This document shows, one piece after another, positions 28,274 through 39,152 of a stretch of DNA of 51,018 nucleotides (position 1 is its first letter; each line of letters begins with the position of its first letter). A model generated the notes under the pieces. That model was given only the letters and a program-made list of their open reading frames with translations, was not told where the DNA came from and ran no database searches. Source of the stretch: a virus (Duplodnaviria > Caudoviricetes). Where the stretch lies: IMG/VR virus record IMGVR_UViG_3300020383_000002, positions 1 to 51,018 of that record. The stretch is one strand, 5' to 3'. The translations under genes were made by a program, and so were the position numbers.

Positions 28274-29517
28274 TGTTGGTACACAAGCGGGATGGTAGTA
28301 TAGAAGAGTTTGACCGTATGAAAGCTGCCATAGCTGTTGAAAAGGCTATGGGGGACACATCCCTAGGGGTACGTAAGGAGGCGGCCCTGGAGGCCGCTCA
28401 CTTGGCTCACAGTAAGTTGATGTGGAATGCACCCACTGAGGTAGCAGTAGATGAGGTACACGAGGCGGTGGAAGAAGCCTTGATGCGGATAGGGGAGTGT
28501 GATGTAGCACGCTCTTACATCCAATATCGAGAGCGCCATAAGCCTGACATCTTCCGTAAGAGAGAGAATTACCTCCCACGAGAATACCCTGAACTGCATC
28601 GTTACACTGACGCTATCCGGCAATCCTATTGGGTGCATACCTCCTATCCCTACGCTGGAGATGTTCAAGACTTCCGTGCTAACATGACGGAGAGAGATAA
28701 GTCTGCCATCCTGCGAGCTATGCTAGGTATTAGTCAAGTGGAGGTGAAGGTTAAAGACTTCTGGACTAAGATTGGGGACATCTTCCAGAAGCCTGAGATT
28801 CAAGAGGTGGGTGTTACCTTTGGTGAATCAGAAGCTCGGCATGCTAATGCCTATGCCCACCTAATTGAGATTCTCCAGCTACAGGATGAGTTCAGTAAGG
28901 TGCTAGAGGTTCCTGCTATCCGTGATCGGGTACGCTATATCAGCAAGGCTATGGCAGGGGCCAAGACAGACAGCCGTAAGGAGTATGTAGAGACAATTCT
29001 ATTGTTCTCTTTGTTCATTGAGAACGTCTCCTTGTTCTCTCAGTTCCTAATCATCTCAGCGTTCAATAAAGAGACAGCTATGCTTAAAGGCATCTCTAAC
29101 GCTGTAGAGGCAACCTCTCTTGAAGAGAACATTCACTTCATGTTCGGTGCGGAGTTAATCAATGTCATCCGGAAAGAAAACCCTGGCATGTTCGACACAG
29201 CTATGGAAGAGCGTGTGCAAGAGCTTGTCCAAGAGGCTTATGAAGCTGAGCGTAACATTGTACGATGGATATTTGAACAAGGGGAGTTCGACTATCTCAC
29301 GGTGAAAGAAGTAGAGGAGTACATCAAGCTGCGCTTTAATACTGGCCTAGTTCAGTGTGGATTTGAAGAAGCCTTTGAGCTTGATGAGAGTTTGTTAGAG
29401 CGTACCAAGTGGTTTGACTTGCAGATTAACGCAGGTATTCATACAGACTTCTTTGCTAAACACCCCGTAGGCTATTCTAAATTTAAACAAGAGTTCTCAG
29501 GCGACTCATTATTCTAA
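28273..29517 (+). CDS. nrdB: RNR class I beta subunit with N-terminal ATP-cone
   Basis: VHKRDG..E.FD..K cone; E, EARH..AY, ENVSLF, EE.IH ligands. Confidence 0.92.
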   Translation: MLVHKRDGSIEEFDRMKAAIAVEKAMGDTSLGVRKEAALEAAHLAHSKLMWNAPTEVAVDEVHEAVEEALMRIGECDVARSYIQYRERHKPDIFRKRENYLPREYPELHRYTDAIRQSYWVHTSYPYAGDVQDFRANMTERDKSAILRAMLGISQVEVKVKDFWTKIGDIFQKPEIQEVGVTFGESEARHANAYAHLIEILQLQDEFSKVLEVPAIRDRVRYISKAMAGAKTDSRKEYVETILLFSLFIENVSLFSQFLIISAFNKETAMLKGISNAVEATSLEENIHFMFGAELINVIRKENPGMFDTAMEERVQELVQEAYEAERNIVRWIFEQGEFDYLTVKEVEEYIKLRFNTGLVQCGFEEAFELDESLLERTKWFDLQINAGIHTDFFAKHPVGYSKFKQEFSGDSLF

Positions 29518-29526
29518 GGAGAAAGA

Positions 29527-31212
29527 ATGTCATTTAATTGGTTAACTAAAGAGTCTCGTGCATTCCTAGCTAATGGCTACCTAACTGAGGGGCAGGTAGC
29601 TGAGGAGCGCCTGTGGGAGATTGCAACATGGGCACAGCACTTGCTAGGAGACAAGGAGGGGTACGCTGATAAGCTCTACGGCTACATGTCTAAGGGCTAC
29701 ATCAGCCTCTCCTCCCCTGTATGGGCTAACTTTGGCAACCCACGAGGATTGCCTGTTTCCTGTTTCTCTAGTCACATGACAGACACCACACAAGGCATCC
29801 TCTTCTCCCAAGGGGAGGTGGGGATGATGACCAAGTATGGTGGCGGCACCTCTGGCTATTTCGGAGATTTACGTCCACGAGGGGCTGCTATCAAGGACAA
29901 TGGCAAGTCCTCTGGCTCTGTTCACTTCATGGAGTTGTTCGAGAAGGTATCAGATGTAATCTCTCAAGGTTCTACTCGTCGAGGACGGTTTGCCCCTTAC
30001 CTGCCTGTAGAGCATCCTGACATTGACGAGTTCCTGAAGATCGGTACAGATGGGCATCCCATCCACAATCTAACCACTGGAGTGACTGTAACTGATCAGT
30101 GGCTACAGGAAATGATTGAGGGAGACGCAGGGAAGCGTAAGGTGTGGGCTGACGTACTACGTACACGTTCTTCTATTGGCTTCCCTTACATCCTGTTCAC
30201 TGACAATGCTAACTCTAACCGTCCTCAAGTGTACAAAGATAAGGATATGAAGATCACAGGCAGTAACTTGTGCTCGGAGATTCTTCTTCCTCTCTCTGAG
30301 GATGAGAGCTTTGTATGCGTACTAAGTTCTGTTAACCTCTTGCACTACGAGGAATGGAAGGACACAGACCTAGTTGAAACAATGGTCTACTTCCTTGACG
30401 CTGTAGTAACAGAGTTTATCCTGAAGATTGAGGCACTAGGTGAGTCGGATGACTACCAAGATCAGTTAGCCTACACCTTTATGAGTCGGGCCTTGAAGTT
30501 TGCTAAGCGTCACCGTGCTCTTGGCTTAGGTGTATTAGGTTGGCACTCTCTCCTACAGAGTAAGCGTATCTCTATGGACTCTGTTGAGGCAACTAAGCTA
30601 AACTACGAAGTGTTCAAGCTACTCAAGGAACGCTCCTATAAAGCCTCAGAGGAGCTTGCTAAGGAGTTTGGTGAACCAGAGGTACTAGAGGGCTATGGTA
30701 GACGCAACACCACTCTGAACGCTGTTGCACCCACTACATCAAGTGCTTTCATCTTAGGACAGGCCAGTCCTTCTATTGAACCTGTAATGAGTAACTACTA
30801 CATCAAGAACCTAGCTAAGGCTAAGGTTGAGATGAAGAACCCTCACCTAGAGAAGTTGCTTGAGGAAGCTGGACAGAATACTCCAGAGGTATGGCGTAGC
30901 ATTGCAGAGAATGATGGCAGTGTACAGCACCTACCTTTCCTCACTGACCATGAGAAGGAAGTATTCCTCACCTTCAAGGAGATAAATCCTTACACCCTCC
31001 TTAACCTAGCTGCTGTACGTCAACAGTTCCTAGACCAAACTCAATCATTGAACCTAATGATTGACGATACATGGACAGCTAAGGAGATTAACGAGATTAC
31101 GCTATACGCTGCTAAGGCAGGGTTACCTACTCTCTACTACCAACATGCTGTTAACGCTGCTCAGTCCTTTGCACGGAGTAAGCGTATGGAATGCAAGGCT
31201 TGCGAAGCATAA
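29527..31212 (+). CDS. nrdA: RNR class I alpha subunit (no ATP-cone)
   Basis: PVSCF, SNLCSEI, APTTSS, TLYY, C-terminal CKAC. Confidence 0.95.
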   Translation: MSFNWLTKESRAFLANGYLTEGQVAEERLWEIATWAQHLLGDKEGYADKLYGYMSKGYISLSSPVWANFGNPRGLPVSCFSSHMTDTTQGILFSQGEVGMMTKYGGGTSGYFGDLRPRGAAIKDNGKSSGSVHFMELFEKVSDVISQGSTRRGRFAPYLPVEHPDIDEFLKIGTDGHPIHNLTTGVTVTDQWLQEMIEGDAGKRKVWADVLRTRSSIGFPYILFTDNANSNRPQVYKDKDMKITGSNLCSEILLPLSEDESFVCVLSSVNLLHYEEWKDTDLVETMVYFLDAVVTEFILKIEALGESDDYQDQLAYTFMSRALKFAKRHRALGLGVLGWHSLLQSKRISMDSVEATKLNYEVFKLLKERSYKASEELAKEFGEPEVLEGYGRRNTTLNAVAPTTSSAFILGQASPSIEPVMSNYYIKNLAKAKVEMKNPHLEKLLEEAGQNTPEVWRSIAENDGSVQHLPFLTDHEKEVFLTFKEINPYTLLNLAAVRQQFLDQTQSLNLMIDDTWTAKEINEITLYAAKAGLPTLYYQHAVNAAQSFARSKRMECKACEA

Positions 31213-31221
31213 TGTATAGAT

Positions 31222-31266
31222 AAAAAGAAAGCCCCTCCAGGAAACTGGTAGGGGCTTTTTCTGTTT
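31222..31266. terminator. Bidirectional intrinsic terminator at convergence of arms
   Basis: AAAAAGAAAGCCCCT-CCAG-gaaa-CTGG-TAGGGGCTTTTT. Confidence 0.85.
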
Positions 31267-31506
31267 CTAATTGTCAGTTCTCTCTAAGACCTTAGTCCTC
31301 TCATCTAGTCTCGCCACACTCTCCGAGAGTCGATCTACGCTCTCAGCCAATCTATTCAGCACGTCAAGAGTTTGAGAGTTAGTATTACTCATACTATTGA
31401 CCCTCTCCTCCATCCTCGCTAAGTCCGACTGGATTGTAGCGTAGCCCGCCATTAGCGATAGGAACAGTGTAGCAATGCTAACGGCTGCGGCAATCTTCTC
31501 CTTCAT
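31267..31506 (-). CDS. Membrane-anchored coiled-coil protein (possible lysis accessory)
   Basis: MKEKIAAAVSIATLFLSLMAGY TM then heptads; likely start 31506. Confidence 0.6.
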   Translation of the reverse strand: MKEKIAAAVSIATLFLSLMAGYATIQSDLARMEERVNSMSNTNSQTLDVLNRLAESVDRLSESVARLDERTKVLERTDN

Positions 31507-31516
31507 ACTAATCCCT

Positions 31517-33292
31517 TTATTCTTGCCCTGTACCTGCGTCTCCGAATAACCCTGCGTAGTTGCTTTCATAAATCCTCTGATAATCTCTGGTGCCTTCTAG
31601 GTGCGCTCCCATTCTCACCAAACGATTCACTACAGGAGCTACTGTACGGTTGAGGTCGTTAATCTTAGCGCGTAGGCGGGGGTTCATCTGTACACTATCC
31701 GCAGGAACGAAACGTACACCGTTCCCTGTAAAGAAAGGACGGATAGATGAGGTGACAGATTCAGTCTGTCCAGCAGTCTCTGGACGAGCCGGGTCTGGTA
31801 CAGCGTAGGTTAGCTGACTAGCATTACGCCATTCCTCAGCAATCAGGGGACGTACCACTTCATCAAACTGCACCTGAACCACTTCACGGGCTGCTGCTGC
31901 ATTCTCAGCGTTAATAGCAGTGCCATTCTGCGACACCCAGCTTCCATACTGATCTCCCGCCAAGAAGTCCGCCACTTGATTCAGCTCTCTCGGGTTCTCC
32001 ACCATACTTCCGTAGCTACCTAGGCCACGGAGAACCTGATTGATATTAGTCTGAACCTCCTGCTGTACATCCTCCCTGTCAGAACCCATCCCTTCTTTAA
32101 GCATATTCAAGTAAGACCCTGTAGCCGCCTCGTTAGTAGGGTCTGTGAGGTCAGCAGGTCGAGCCTGTGGGTTACTATTCCTGTCCACCTGATCGAGCGC
32201 TATGCGGTTCAATGGGCCTTGTAGGGATAAGTTCCCTGCCGCTCCTACTAATTGAGAAGTTGCAATAATACGAGCAGTTTCTGGATCACCTGTGATGTTT
32301 ACAGTTTGGCGTGCCAGAGCATTGGCTGCAACAGCTTCCATGGTCTCTGCATCTGTCTCACCAGTAACATATCCACGCTTAACTTGGTAGAAATCCCGTA
32401 GAGGGGCAACTAGGTTGTTCACATACTCACTACCAGCGCCTTGCCCAATACGGCTAACCTCAGACTGAATGACTAACCACTCTTCGTCCATCATCTGTGT
32501 CGCTTCTACAGGGTCAAGAGAGCCTGCTTCCACTTGCTGTTGGATAGTGTTGAACTTAGTGCGTAGTCGAGTAGCAGCAGCATCGGCCATAGAGCCAGAG
32601 GCTTCCTGGGAACGGATACGTGCCCTATCTTCCTGCAAGCTAATCTGAGCACGCTGCTGGTTAATCTGAGCTGTGCCCAGCCCTACACGAGCAGAAGCTA
32701 GTCCAACTCTGTCAGCCTCAAGGCCAATACGAGCACGCTGTAGCCCAAGCTGATTCTGTTCAGCGTCAATCATCTGCTGTTCACGTTGGAACTGCATATA
32801 CGCATAGGTAGCGTCTTGTGCGTCCTCAGCAGACATACCTGAAGTAACCCAGCCCTTCATTGTAGCTTCTGATTGCACAGCCATGAACTGCTGCTCTTGC
32901 TCCGTACCTTCAGCAGCTACCTTACCTAAGCCAGCAGTACCTAAGATGGTTGAGTGAGCCTTAGCGTAGTCTGTGGTTAGGTTGGGGTTGTTAGCAATAG
33001 CAGAAGCATAGTTAGCACGCATACGCATACGCGCTTGCTGAGAGGTCATGTCTCCACGGTCAACAGCTTGAGCAATTTCTAGCTGTTGACGACTGAAGCG
33101 AGACACAGCCTCATTAGCTTGCTCTACTTTCTTCTCTTGCCTATTCTCTGCAAAGGATTCAAACAAGCTAGTGCCAATGTCCTGTACGAAATCAAGGGCA
33201 GCAACAGCCCCGGAGGGCTGCTGTACTGCTTGTTGAGGTTGTTGAGCGCTGGTAGGTGCTCCACCAATTTGCGCTAGGGTAAAGTCCGCCAT
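31517..33292 (-). CDS. Internal virion (ejection) protein
   Basis: 591 aa, Ala/Gln-rich helical; position. Confidence 0.65.
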   Translation of the reverse strand: MADFTLAQIGGAPTSAQQPQQAVQQPSGAVAALDFVQDIGTSLFESFAENRQEKKVEQANEAVSRFSRQQLEIAQAVDRGDMTSQQARMRMRANYASAIANNPNLTTDYAKAHSTILGTAGLGKVAAEGTEQEQQFMAVQSEATMKGWVTSGMSAEDAQDATYAYMQFQREQQMIDAEQNQLGLQRARIGLEADRVGLASARVGLGTAQINQQRAQISLQEDRARIRSQEASGSMADAAATRLRTKFNTIQQQVEAGSLDPVEATQMMDEEWLVIQSEVSRIGQGAGSEYVNNLVAPLRDFYQVKRGYVTGETDAETMEAVAANALARQTVNITGDPETARIIATSQLVGAAGNLSLQGPLNRIALDQVDRNSNPQARPADLTDPTNEAATGSYLNMLKEGMGSDREDVQQEVQTNINQVLRGLGSYGSMVENPRELNQVADFLAGDQYGSWVSQNGTAINAENAAAAREVVQVQFDEVVRPLIAEEWRNASQLTYAVPDPARPETAGQTESVTSSIRPFFTGNGVRFVPADSVQMNPRLRAKINDLNRTVAPVVNRLVRMGAHLEGTRDYQRIYESNYAGLFGDAGTGQE

Positions 33293-36200
33293 TAATCTTC
33301 CTCGCGGTAATTGTCAATAAAGTCGAGAGTACGAATCCCCATCTCTCGCTGCTCTTCCGTAATAGGCATAGTGTTGAGGACTTCTCGTGTTGTAGCCGAA
33401 TCCATCCAAGGAGCAGAGTTAATAACGGAATTGAACAGAGACAAGTCACCATTCTCTACGTCATACTGCAACTGTTGCTGGATGGTCTGTTGAGCACGAG
33501 GGTCGTCCTTGAACTGTTCCGCAGCTACGTTAAGAACACGTAGTGCAAAGTCACGCTCCTCATTACTAATCCCTTCCCGAGCTAGCTGTTGCTTAACCAG
33601 ACGATACCATTCCTTGACATCTTCTCCATGAGAAGTGCGGGATTGATACACCTCGTTACTAGCCCAGAAGGAACGAGCTTCATGTAGAGTCTGGAAACCA
33701 AAGGCAGCAGCTACAGCTTCAACAGTGTTAACGTTAGCATCTGTAACACCGCCATTAGCGTTATACTTCTTACCATACTCTAAAGCTACTCGTGCTTTAA
33801 ATGCACTAGAGAATCCAGAAGCCAACTTACCAAACTCAATGAACAGTTCTCCTGTGTCAATAGGGTTTTGGTCAAGAGGTTCAGAGTAGTGGAAGTATTC
33901 AGCAGCAGCTCTTGCAAACTGAGTGATACGTGGATTACTTCCCATCACCAAGGAACCAGCAGGAGACTCAGCTAGAATCTTACCAGCGTCAGTAGTCCAT
34001 AGTCCGCCAATAAACTCTAAGAGGCCTCTGTTGTCTACCGCAGCGAGGGAAGAGAAGTCAATAGCTACATCTTCTCCGTACATCAGAGAAGCTAGCTTGT
34101 TGAACATATACCCTTCCACACCTTGTAGAAGCGCTTCCCTTTCTTCACCTTCTTGAGGCAGCCAAGGCTGTAAGAAGAGAGACAAACCTGTACCAGGGAC
34201 TCCTCCATACATCACCAAGTTGAAGGTAGCTAAGCGTGCCTTCTGTGTCTTGGTCAAGTTACGGTTGGTAGTCATCTGGAGAAAGGACTTGTGAGGCACC
34301 TGCATGAACTGGAAGATCATGCCTAACGAGTTCTCGTTGTAAGGCATGTCGCCAGCACGGTTCATGTTATAGGTGTAGGAGCGTGCCATAGCACTCACCT
34401 TGTCATACTCTGCTTTGGTTAACGCCTTCCCTGTCTTCTCAACTGCCATGTTGTAATGTGTTAGCCAAGAGCTAAGCATGTTAATCTCTTCGCCTACATC
34501 AAACCCCGCCTTACGGGAAGCAGCAATACCCTGAGCACCTAAACCCACAAAGCGTGCCAGAGTAGTCCTGCGATAGCCCCCTGCCGAAGTAGAGTCAGCA
34601 ATCTCTGACAAACTCCCCCTCACCAAGTTACTTTTATCAATGGAAGCAGATAAGCCGCTGTTGTCGTAAGCCGCCGCCATTGCCTTAATCTCTGCTTCAC
34701 TACGTCCAGTAGCCGCCTTACCAAGACGAATCTTACCTGTTGTCTTATACTCCAAGATAGCCGCCATATCACTAACCAGTCGAGTGGTGACGTATCGAGG
34801 AGCTAGAGCAGTAAGCTGTACAGCCTGATGCGACTGAACAACAAACTGACGCAGAGGGTTAAGAGCAAGGTAGAGGGTGAAGGCAACACCACGAGCTAGT
34901 CGTGTAGGGCCACCAGCATCTGCTGTAGCGTTCAATGCCCTCTCTGCAATAGACATCCCTCGTTTACCAGAAGCGTCAGCAATTACCCGTAGAGCATACT
35001 TAATGGTGTCATCAATCTGGTTGATGTAGCCATTCTCTAGAGAGTTGATATACTCCACTGTAGTCCGAGCGTCAGCCGCCTCCTTAGAGAATCCTTCCTT
35101 AGCCTTAATCTCAGAAGAGTCTTTAGGAAACTGAGGACGGCCATACTGATCTCTGGGGAACATATGCCCATATTGATTAACTGCACGAGACTTAGTTGTC
35201 TCTAGGTAGTCCCTCATAGGTACACGAGTGGAGACGTTACGAGCAGACCTAATCAATGCGTCTACAGGGCCGAGAACGTGGTTGTGAGACTCGTCAAGGA
35301 TGGGGCTAGTGGCATCCTCCAGCCTTTCTCCTCGAACACGCTGAGCAACCCTTCCTGCCGCTTCCTGAAGGTTCCAGTTGTCATCGCTATCAAAGCGCAT
35401 ACGCTCACGAGTATCTCGAATAGAGTATGTGACGTTAGGCTCAGCCTCTTGCTGCATACGCTTCAGGTAACGTTGTGCTGTAGAAGTGTCTCTTGCTGTA
35501 GCTACAGCTCCCTGCTTAAGGATGTTACCACGGCTGTCTGTAACAGTACGCTCTACCATCTTAGGCACATCGTAGTAGACAGTGTAGTAGCCCTCCCGGT
35601 AGTTCAGGATTTGGTCATCATCTCGTAGAGCACGAGAGTATGGGCCACCTGCTTGGTTACGGGAGATGACAACTTTAACGGATTCCTCCCCTTCTACGAA
35701 GGGAGAACGTAGGCTAGAGACTGTACCGCCTTTCTCATACAGCTCTGTTAAATCCTCAGCAGTCAGGTCCTCCATCTTACCTGTCTCAGGGTCGTAGGCT
35801 CGTTGGTGAGAGCCTGCCTGATTACGGCTGATAGGTTTAACGAACATACGAGTGTCTGTAGAGCCGTCCTCTAAAACTTGGTATCCACGGTTACGTAGTG
35901 TCTTCACTAGGTCTTGGTTCTCCAACCAGTACATAGTGTCCCAAGTTTCCCTCCAGCTTTGCAAAGCAGCTACTTCTTCGTCACCAAAACCATCTGCCTT
36001 GAGAGAGGTGGTGGTACGGTTACGGCCTTCCTTGTTAGCTCGCTTAATCTCCTTTTCTACCGCAGCCTGTCCTTGCTTAGACAGCTTGTTAAACTTCTTA
36101 GTGAAAGACGTAGTAAGCTCTACCAGAGTCTTCTCAAGCTGAGCTGCCTTATCTACGGCTACGTTAGCTCCTAGCGTAATGTTAGGGTGTAGCATAGAGT

Positions 36201-38163
36201 GAGCATCAAGTATGTGACGAGCCATGCTACCAGAGCGTGCCCCACGCATGTGAGGGATACGATCTAGGTAGTTAAATACTACATCCAAATCATTCCAATC
36301 TTCCACTTTAGCAGCAGAGATAGTGTAGGGGTAGTCAACCTTAACTAGGTAGTCCCCTGCCTCTGTAGCCTGTGCCTTATCAACAGGTACGTAATCTTCT
36401 CCTTCACGGCGTAGGAGGGTGAGTTCCTCTTCCTTAACACCATAGTCACGCAGAGAGGTGCGTACTTTTTCTAAGGCATCGGCACCATCTGACCAACCAT
36501 TGTCCCGTGGGCCATAGGTTACGCCTACACGGAAAGAGCCACCAATGTCACGTACAGCAGGCACCGACATTTCAGTACGAGTTACTAAACCAGCTACGTT
36601 GTTAAAATCATTAACTACACGAGTAGCTGTAGCAACCTTCTCTGCGTCTGTTAAGTAGATGGCACCGTTGTCCGCTACTACATCCATCACACGAGGGCTA
36701 GGAGGAAGAGGGCGAGCTTTAGGATAGGCGTCCGGCATACTCACTTTGTTGACCAGAGAACCATCAGATTTAGGGATGCCTTGCAGGGCATCGTGAGCTG
36801 TTGCCTCTACACGGTTAGTGCCATACAAAGCCTCTGCTGCTTGACCTGTAGTGTCCTCCGCAGCTAGTTGGTTGGCAGCGCGAGCTTTAGAGGGGTTAGT
36901 GTTACGATAGTTGTTAGCAATAGAAACAGGCTTCACATCTGTTTCTACATAGCGTTTAGCTGCAAGCTCTGCTTCGTAGGCTTCCTCCATTCGAGACAGA
37001 GAGGGGGAGTCCTCCATAACGGCCCTACGAGCTTCAGCACGGCCTTCTGCTGCATCTTCGGCCCTACGTACTGGGTCAGTGTCTACAGCCTCTGTACGGG
37101 CCACCTCGTCTGGCTGAGAGGGTGTCTGTGGAGCCTCTGCTCTAGAGGGCACCCCATTAAGCTCCATGTAGGTGGTTCCACGTTCAGGAACAGGAGTCTC
37201 TAGTTGACGAGCTGCACTACGTCCCCTACGAGCTGCACGAGCACCACGACTAACCCCTTGAGCTACCCAGCCCAAAGGAACAAGGCCAGTCAGCTCTGCA
37301 ACAGAGATTAAGTTGTCAATCCAAGCATCCCCTTCCCCGTAGTAGCCTTCCTCTAGAGCTGTACGCAGAAAGTCCATCTTAACAAAGTCGTTCTCATCAG
37401 GAAAGACAATGGTGGAGTTCTCATTTACAGCGTCAATAACCTGACGAATGATAGGGCCACGCTCTTCAGGAGGAACAGAACGTAAAGTCTCTGTGAACTT
37501 CTGCTTAGTAGACCCCATCAATGTTAGGGCTTCCATCCAAGCAGTTTTATCTCCTCCCCGAATAGCTGAGAGTGTTTGCTCTGTAATACCTTGCTCTGCA
37601 AAAGGAACAAGTAGTTCCAAGAACCCAGCCCCAATCTCAAGCATGTTTGGGTCTTGAGATGTGAGCTGGTGGTTCATTAAAATCTGTTTCTCTCGATGGT
37701 ATGCGTTGACGTTTTCAATAGCGTCAGCGAAGTTAATACGAGAGTTTGAAGACTCCTCTGTTTCATCATCACTTTCGGCAATGAGAGCTTCAGAGGAGAC
37801 AATGTTTCGGATGCCGTACAAGGAGCTTTGCTGATCCATGTAGGCACTAGACGCTGCCATCTTCTGTTCATCAGGGATGTCAGGGTCAGTTAAGATGGAA
37901 ACGAGAGCATCACGTTCTTTAGTAGCAGTGAATTGTTTAGCCCGATTCCGTAAGGACTCGGACATACGTGTGCTCTCTTCCCCTTCTTGTGTCAGGTTTA
38001 AGTAAGTCGCCTCTACTGATTCTGGGTCTTCAGACAGAGACGCGGTATACGCCGCTAAGTTTACATTTGAGGCCCGGTTATTCACCGGAACCAAGTTCCC
38101 TTCAATCTGGAAATCTTCCAGGGTAGCTGCGCTCTGTGGTGCAAAATCAGTTAGAGTTGCCAT
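33292..38163 (-). CDS. Large internal virion (ejection) protein
   Basis: 1623 aa; position after nozzle and small core genes. Confidence 0.7.
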   Translation of the reverse strand: MATLTDFAPQSAATLEDFQIEGNLVPVNNRASNVNLAAYTASLSEDPESVEATYLNLTQEGEESTRMSESLRNRAKQFTATKERDALVSILTDPDIPDEQKMAASSAYMDQQSSLYGIRNIVSSEALIAESDDETEESSNSRINFADAIENVNAYHREKQILMNHQLTSQDPNMLEIGAGFLELLVPFAEQGITEQTLSAIRGGDKTAWMEALTLMGSTKQKFTETLRSVPPEERGPIIRQVIDAVNENSTIVFPDENDFVKMDFLRTALEEGYYGEGDAWIDNLISVAELTGLVPLGWVAQGVSRGARAARRGRSAARQLETPVPERGTTYMELNGVPSRAEAPQTPSQPDEVARTEAVDTDPVRRAEDAAEGRAEARRAVMEDSPSLSRMEEAYEAELAAKRYVETDVKPVSIANNYRNTNPSKARAANQLAAEDTTGQAAEALYGTNRVEATAHDALQGIPKSDGSLVNKVSMPDAYPKARPLPPSPRVMDVVADNGAIYLTDAEKVATATRVVNDFNNVAGLVTRTEMSVPAVRDIGGSFRVGVTYGPRDNGWSDGADALEKVRTSLRDYGVKEEELTLLRREGEDYVPVDKAQATEAGDYLVKVDYPYTISAAKVEDWNDLDVVFNYLDRIPHMRGARSGSMARHILDAHSMLHPNITLGANVAVDKAAQLEKTLVELTTSFTKKFNKLSKQGQAAVEKEIKRANKEGRNRTTTSLKADGFGDEEVAALQSWRETWDTMYWLENQDLVKTLRNRGYQVLEDGSTDTRMFVKPISRNQAGSHQRAYDPETGKMEDLTAEDLTELYEKGGTVSSLRSPFVEGEESVKVVISRNQAGGPYSRALRDDDQILNYREGYYTVYYDVPKMVERTVTDSRGNILKQGAVATARDTSTAQRYLKRMQQEAEPNVTYSIRDTRERMRFDSDDNWNLQEAAGRVAQRVRGERLEDATSPILDESHNHVLGPVDALIRSARNVSTRVPMRDYLETTKSRAVNQYGHMFPRDQYGRPQFPKDSSEIKAKEGFSKEAADARTTVEYINSLENGYINQIDDTIKYALRVIADASGKRGMSIAERALNATADAGGPTRLARGVAFTLYLALNPLRQFVVQSHQAVQLTALAPRYVTTRLVSDMAAILEYKTTGKIRLGKAATGRSEAEIKAMAAAYDNSGLSASIDKSNLVRGSLSEIADSTSAGGYRRTTLARFVGLGAQGIAASRKAGFDVGEEINMLSSWLTHYNMAVEKTGKALTKAEYDKVSAMARSYTYNMNRAGDMPYNENSLGMIFQFMQVPHKSFLQMTTNRNLTKTQKARLATFNLVMYGGVPGTGLSLFLQPWLPQEGEEREALLQGVEGYMFNKLASLMYGEDVAIDFSSLAAVDNRGLLEFIGGLWTTDAGKILAESPAGSLVMGSNPRITQFARAAAEYFHYSEPLDQNPIDTGELFIEFGKLASGFSSAFKARVALEYGKKYNANGGVTDANVNTVEAVAAAFGFQTLHEARSFWASNEVYQSRTSHGEDVKEWYRLVKQQLAREGISNEERDFALRVLNVAAEQFKDDPRAQQTIQQQLQYDVENGDLSLFNSVINSAPWMDSATTREVLNTMPITEEQREMGIRTLDFIDNYREED

Positions 38164-38173
38164 TTACTTTCCT

Positions 38174-38683
38174 TTAAAAAGTGAACACTTCGCTCTGCCA
38201 GCCTCCACGAACAGGGCTGCCAGAAGGGCTATTAAACATGTCTCCAAAACCGCCTGCCGCTGAGAAGATGGTTCCAGTGGTCTGCCCGATAGCTCCCCAC
38301 ATTTGAGCATCTTGTTGAGCATTTGCTGCTCTCTGCTGTGTAGCGCTGATTCCAGCAGAGGCCCGTGCTGTTGAGGAGATATTAGCAATGTTAGCGCCTG
38401 TTAAGGTACCTAAAGCCCCGATAGAACCAAGAGCTCCTGAGCCACCACTCACCCCTGTGTTCTCAGACGCCTGGAGGATGCGGGCACGACGGACTCTTTG
38501 TTCTCGAATCTGTTGCCGTCTCTGTTGCCTGTCTCTGTTTTGTTGAGCAGCTTGGGAGATTTGTTGACCTTCCCTTTGGGCGTCTGCTGCCCTACCTGCT
38601 GCCTTGTATTGCTGATAGCCTGATACCGCTGTGGCGGCCAGGGCTGTTGCAGCAATGATTGTACTAGTTGCTACCGCCATCAC
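38174..38683 (-). CDS. Small internal virion protein (T7 gp14-like position)
   Basis: Hydrophobic Ala-rich N-terminus; Gln/Arg helix; Gly-rich segments. Confidence 0.65.
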   Translation of the reverse strand: MMAVATSTIIAATALAATAVSGYQQYKAAGRAADAQREGQQISQAAQQNRDRQQRRQQIREQRVRRARILQASENTGVSGGSGALGSIGALGTLTGANIANISSTARASAGISATQQRAANAQQDAQMWGAIGQTTGTIFSAAGGFGDMFNSPSGSPVRGGWQSEVFTF

Positions 38684-39152
38684 TCACCTCGAATACTTTT
38701 TGATAGATGATTTCTGTGGGTTCATACCCAAACTTGTAAGCAATCCCTTCATCATGTCCTTCCTTAAAAGCTAAGAGTTGGCAATAGGCTTGTCTCTTCC
38801 TAGCTCCCTCCTCTACTAAATCTAACATTTCTCGTAGAACAGAGCTACGTCTCCATTCTGGTTTAACATAGATGCCTAGTTCCTTACCTACTGGCTGGGA
38901 AGTGATGGCGTCTGGGCTAATCAAGTTAGCAAAGTAGCCAATCATCTCCCCTTCGTAAGTTCGGGCAATGATAATGTAGAGAAGCCCTAGCTTTACATAC
39001 TCCTGCAACAGGGCTACATCTAGCCGGAAGGGTACGCTAGAAGACTTCTCCTCCACTTCGTAGTAGTGTGCCTCAGCAAGAGCCAAGGCCTCCTTCATTG
39101 TTTCTAGCGAATTATCTTCTTCTACATAAAAATTAGACATTGCCGTTTGCAC
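38664..39152 (-). CDS. GNAT-fold protein (T7 gp13-like position)
   Basis: GIYVKPEWRRS motif A; KFGYEP. Confidence 0.7.
   Translation of the reverse strand: MQTAMSNFYVEEDNSLETMKEALALAEAHYYEVEEKSSSVPFRLDVALLQEYVKLGLLYIIIARTYEGEMIGYFANLISPDAITSQPVGKELGIYVKPEWRRSSVLREMLDLVEEGARKRQAYCQLLAFKEGHDEGIAYKFGYEPTEIIYQKVFEVSDGGSN

Noticed and set aside
31210-31218. TAATGTATA resembling the phiEco32 late promoter motif
   Set aside because: Single copy overlapping the nrdA stop and pointing straight into a terminator
32620-32740. Seven-residue periodic repeat (ARIGLEA/DRVGLAS/ARVGLGT) in internal virion protein
   Set aside because: Ordinary coiled-coil heptads
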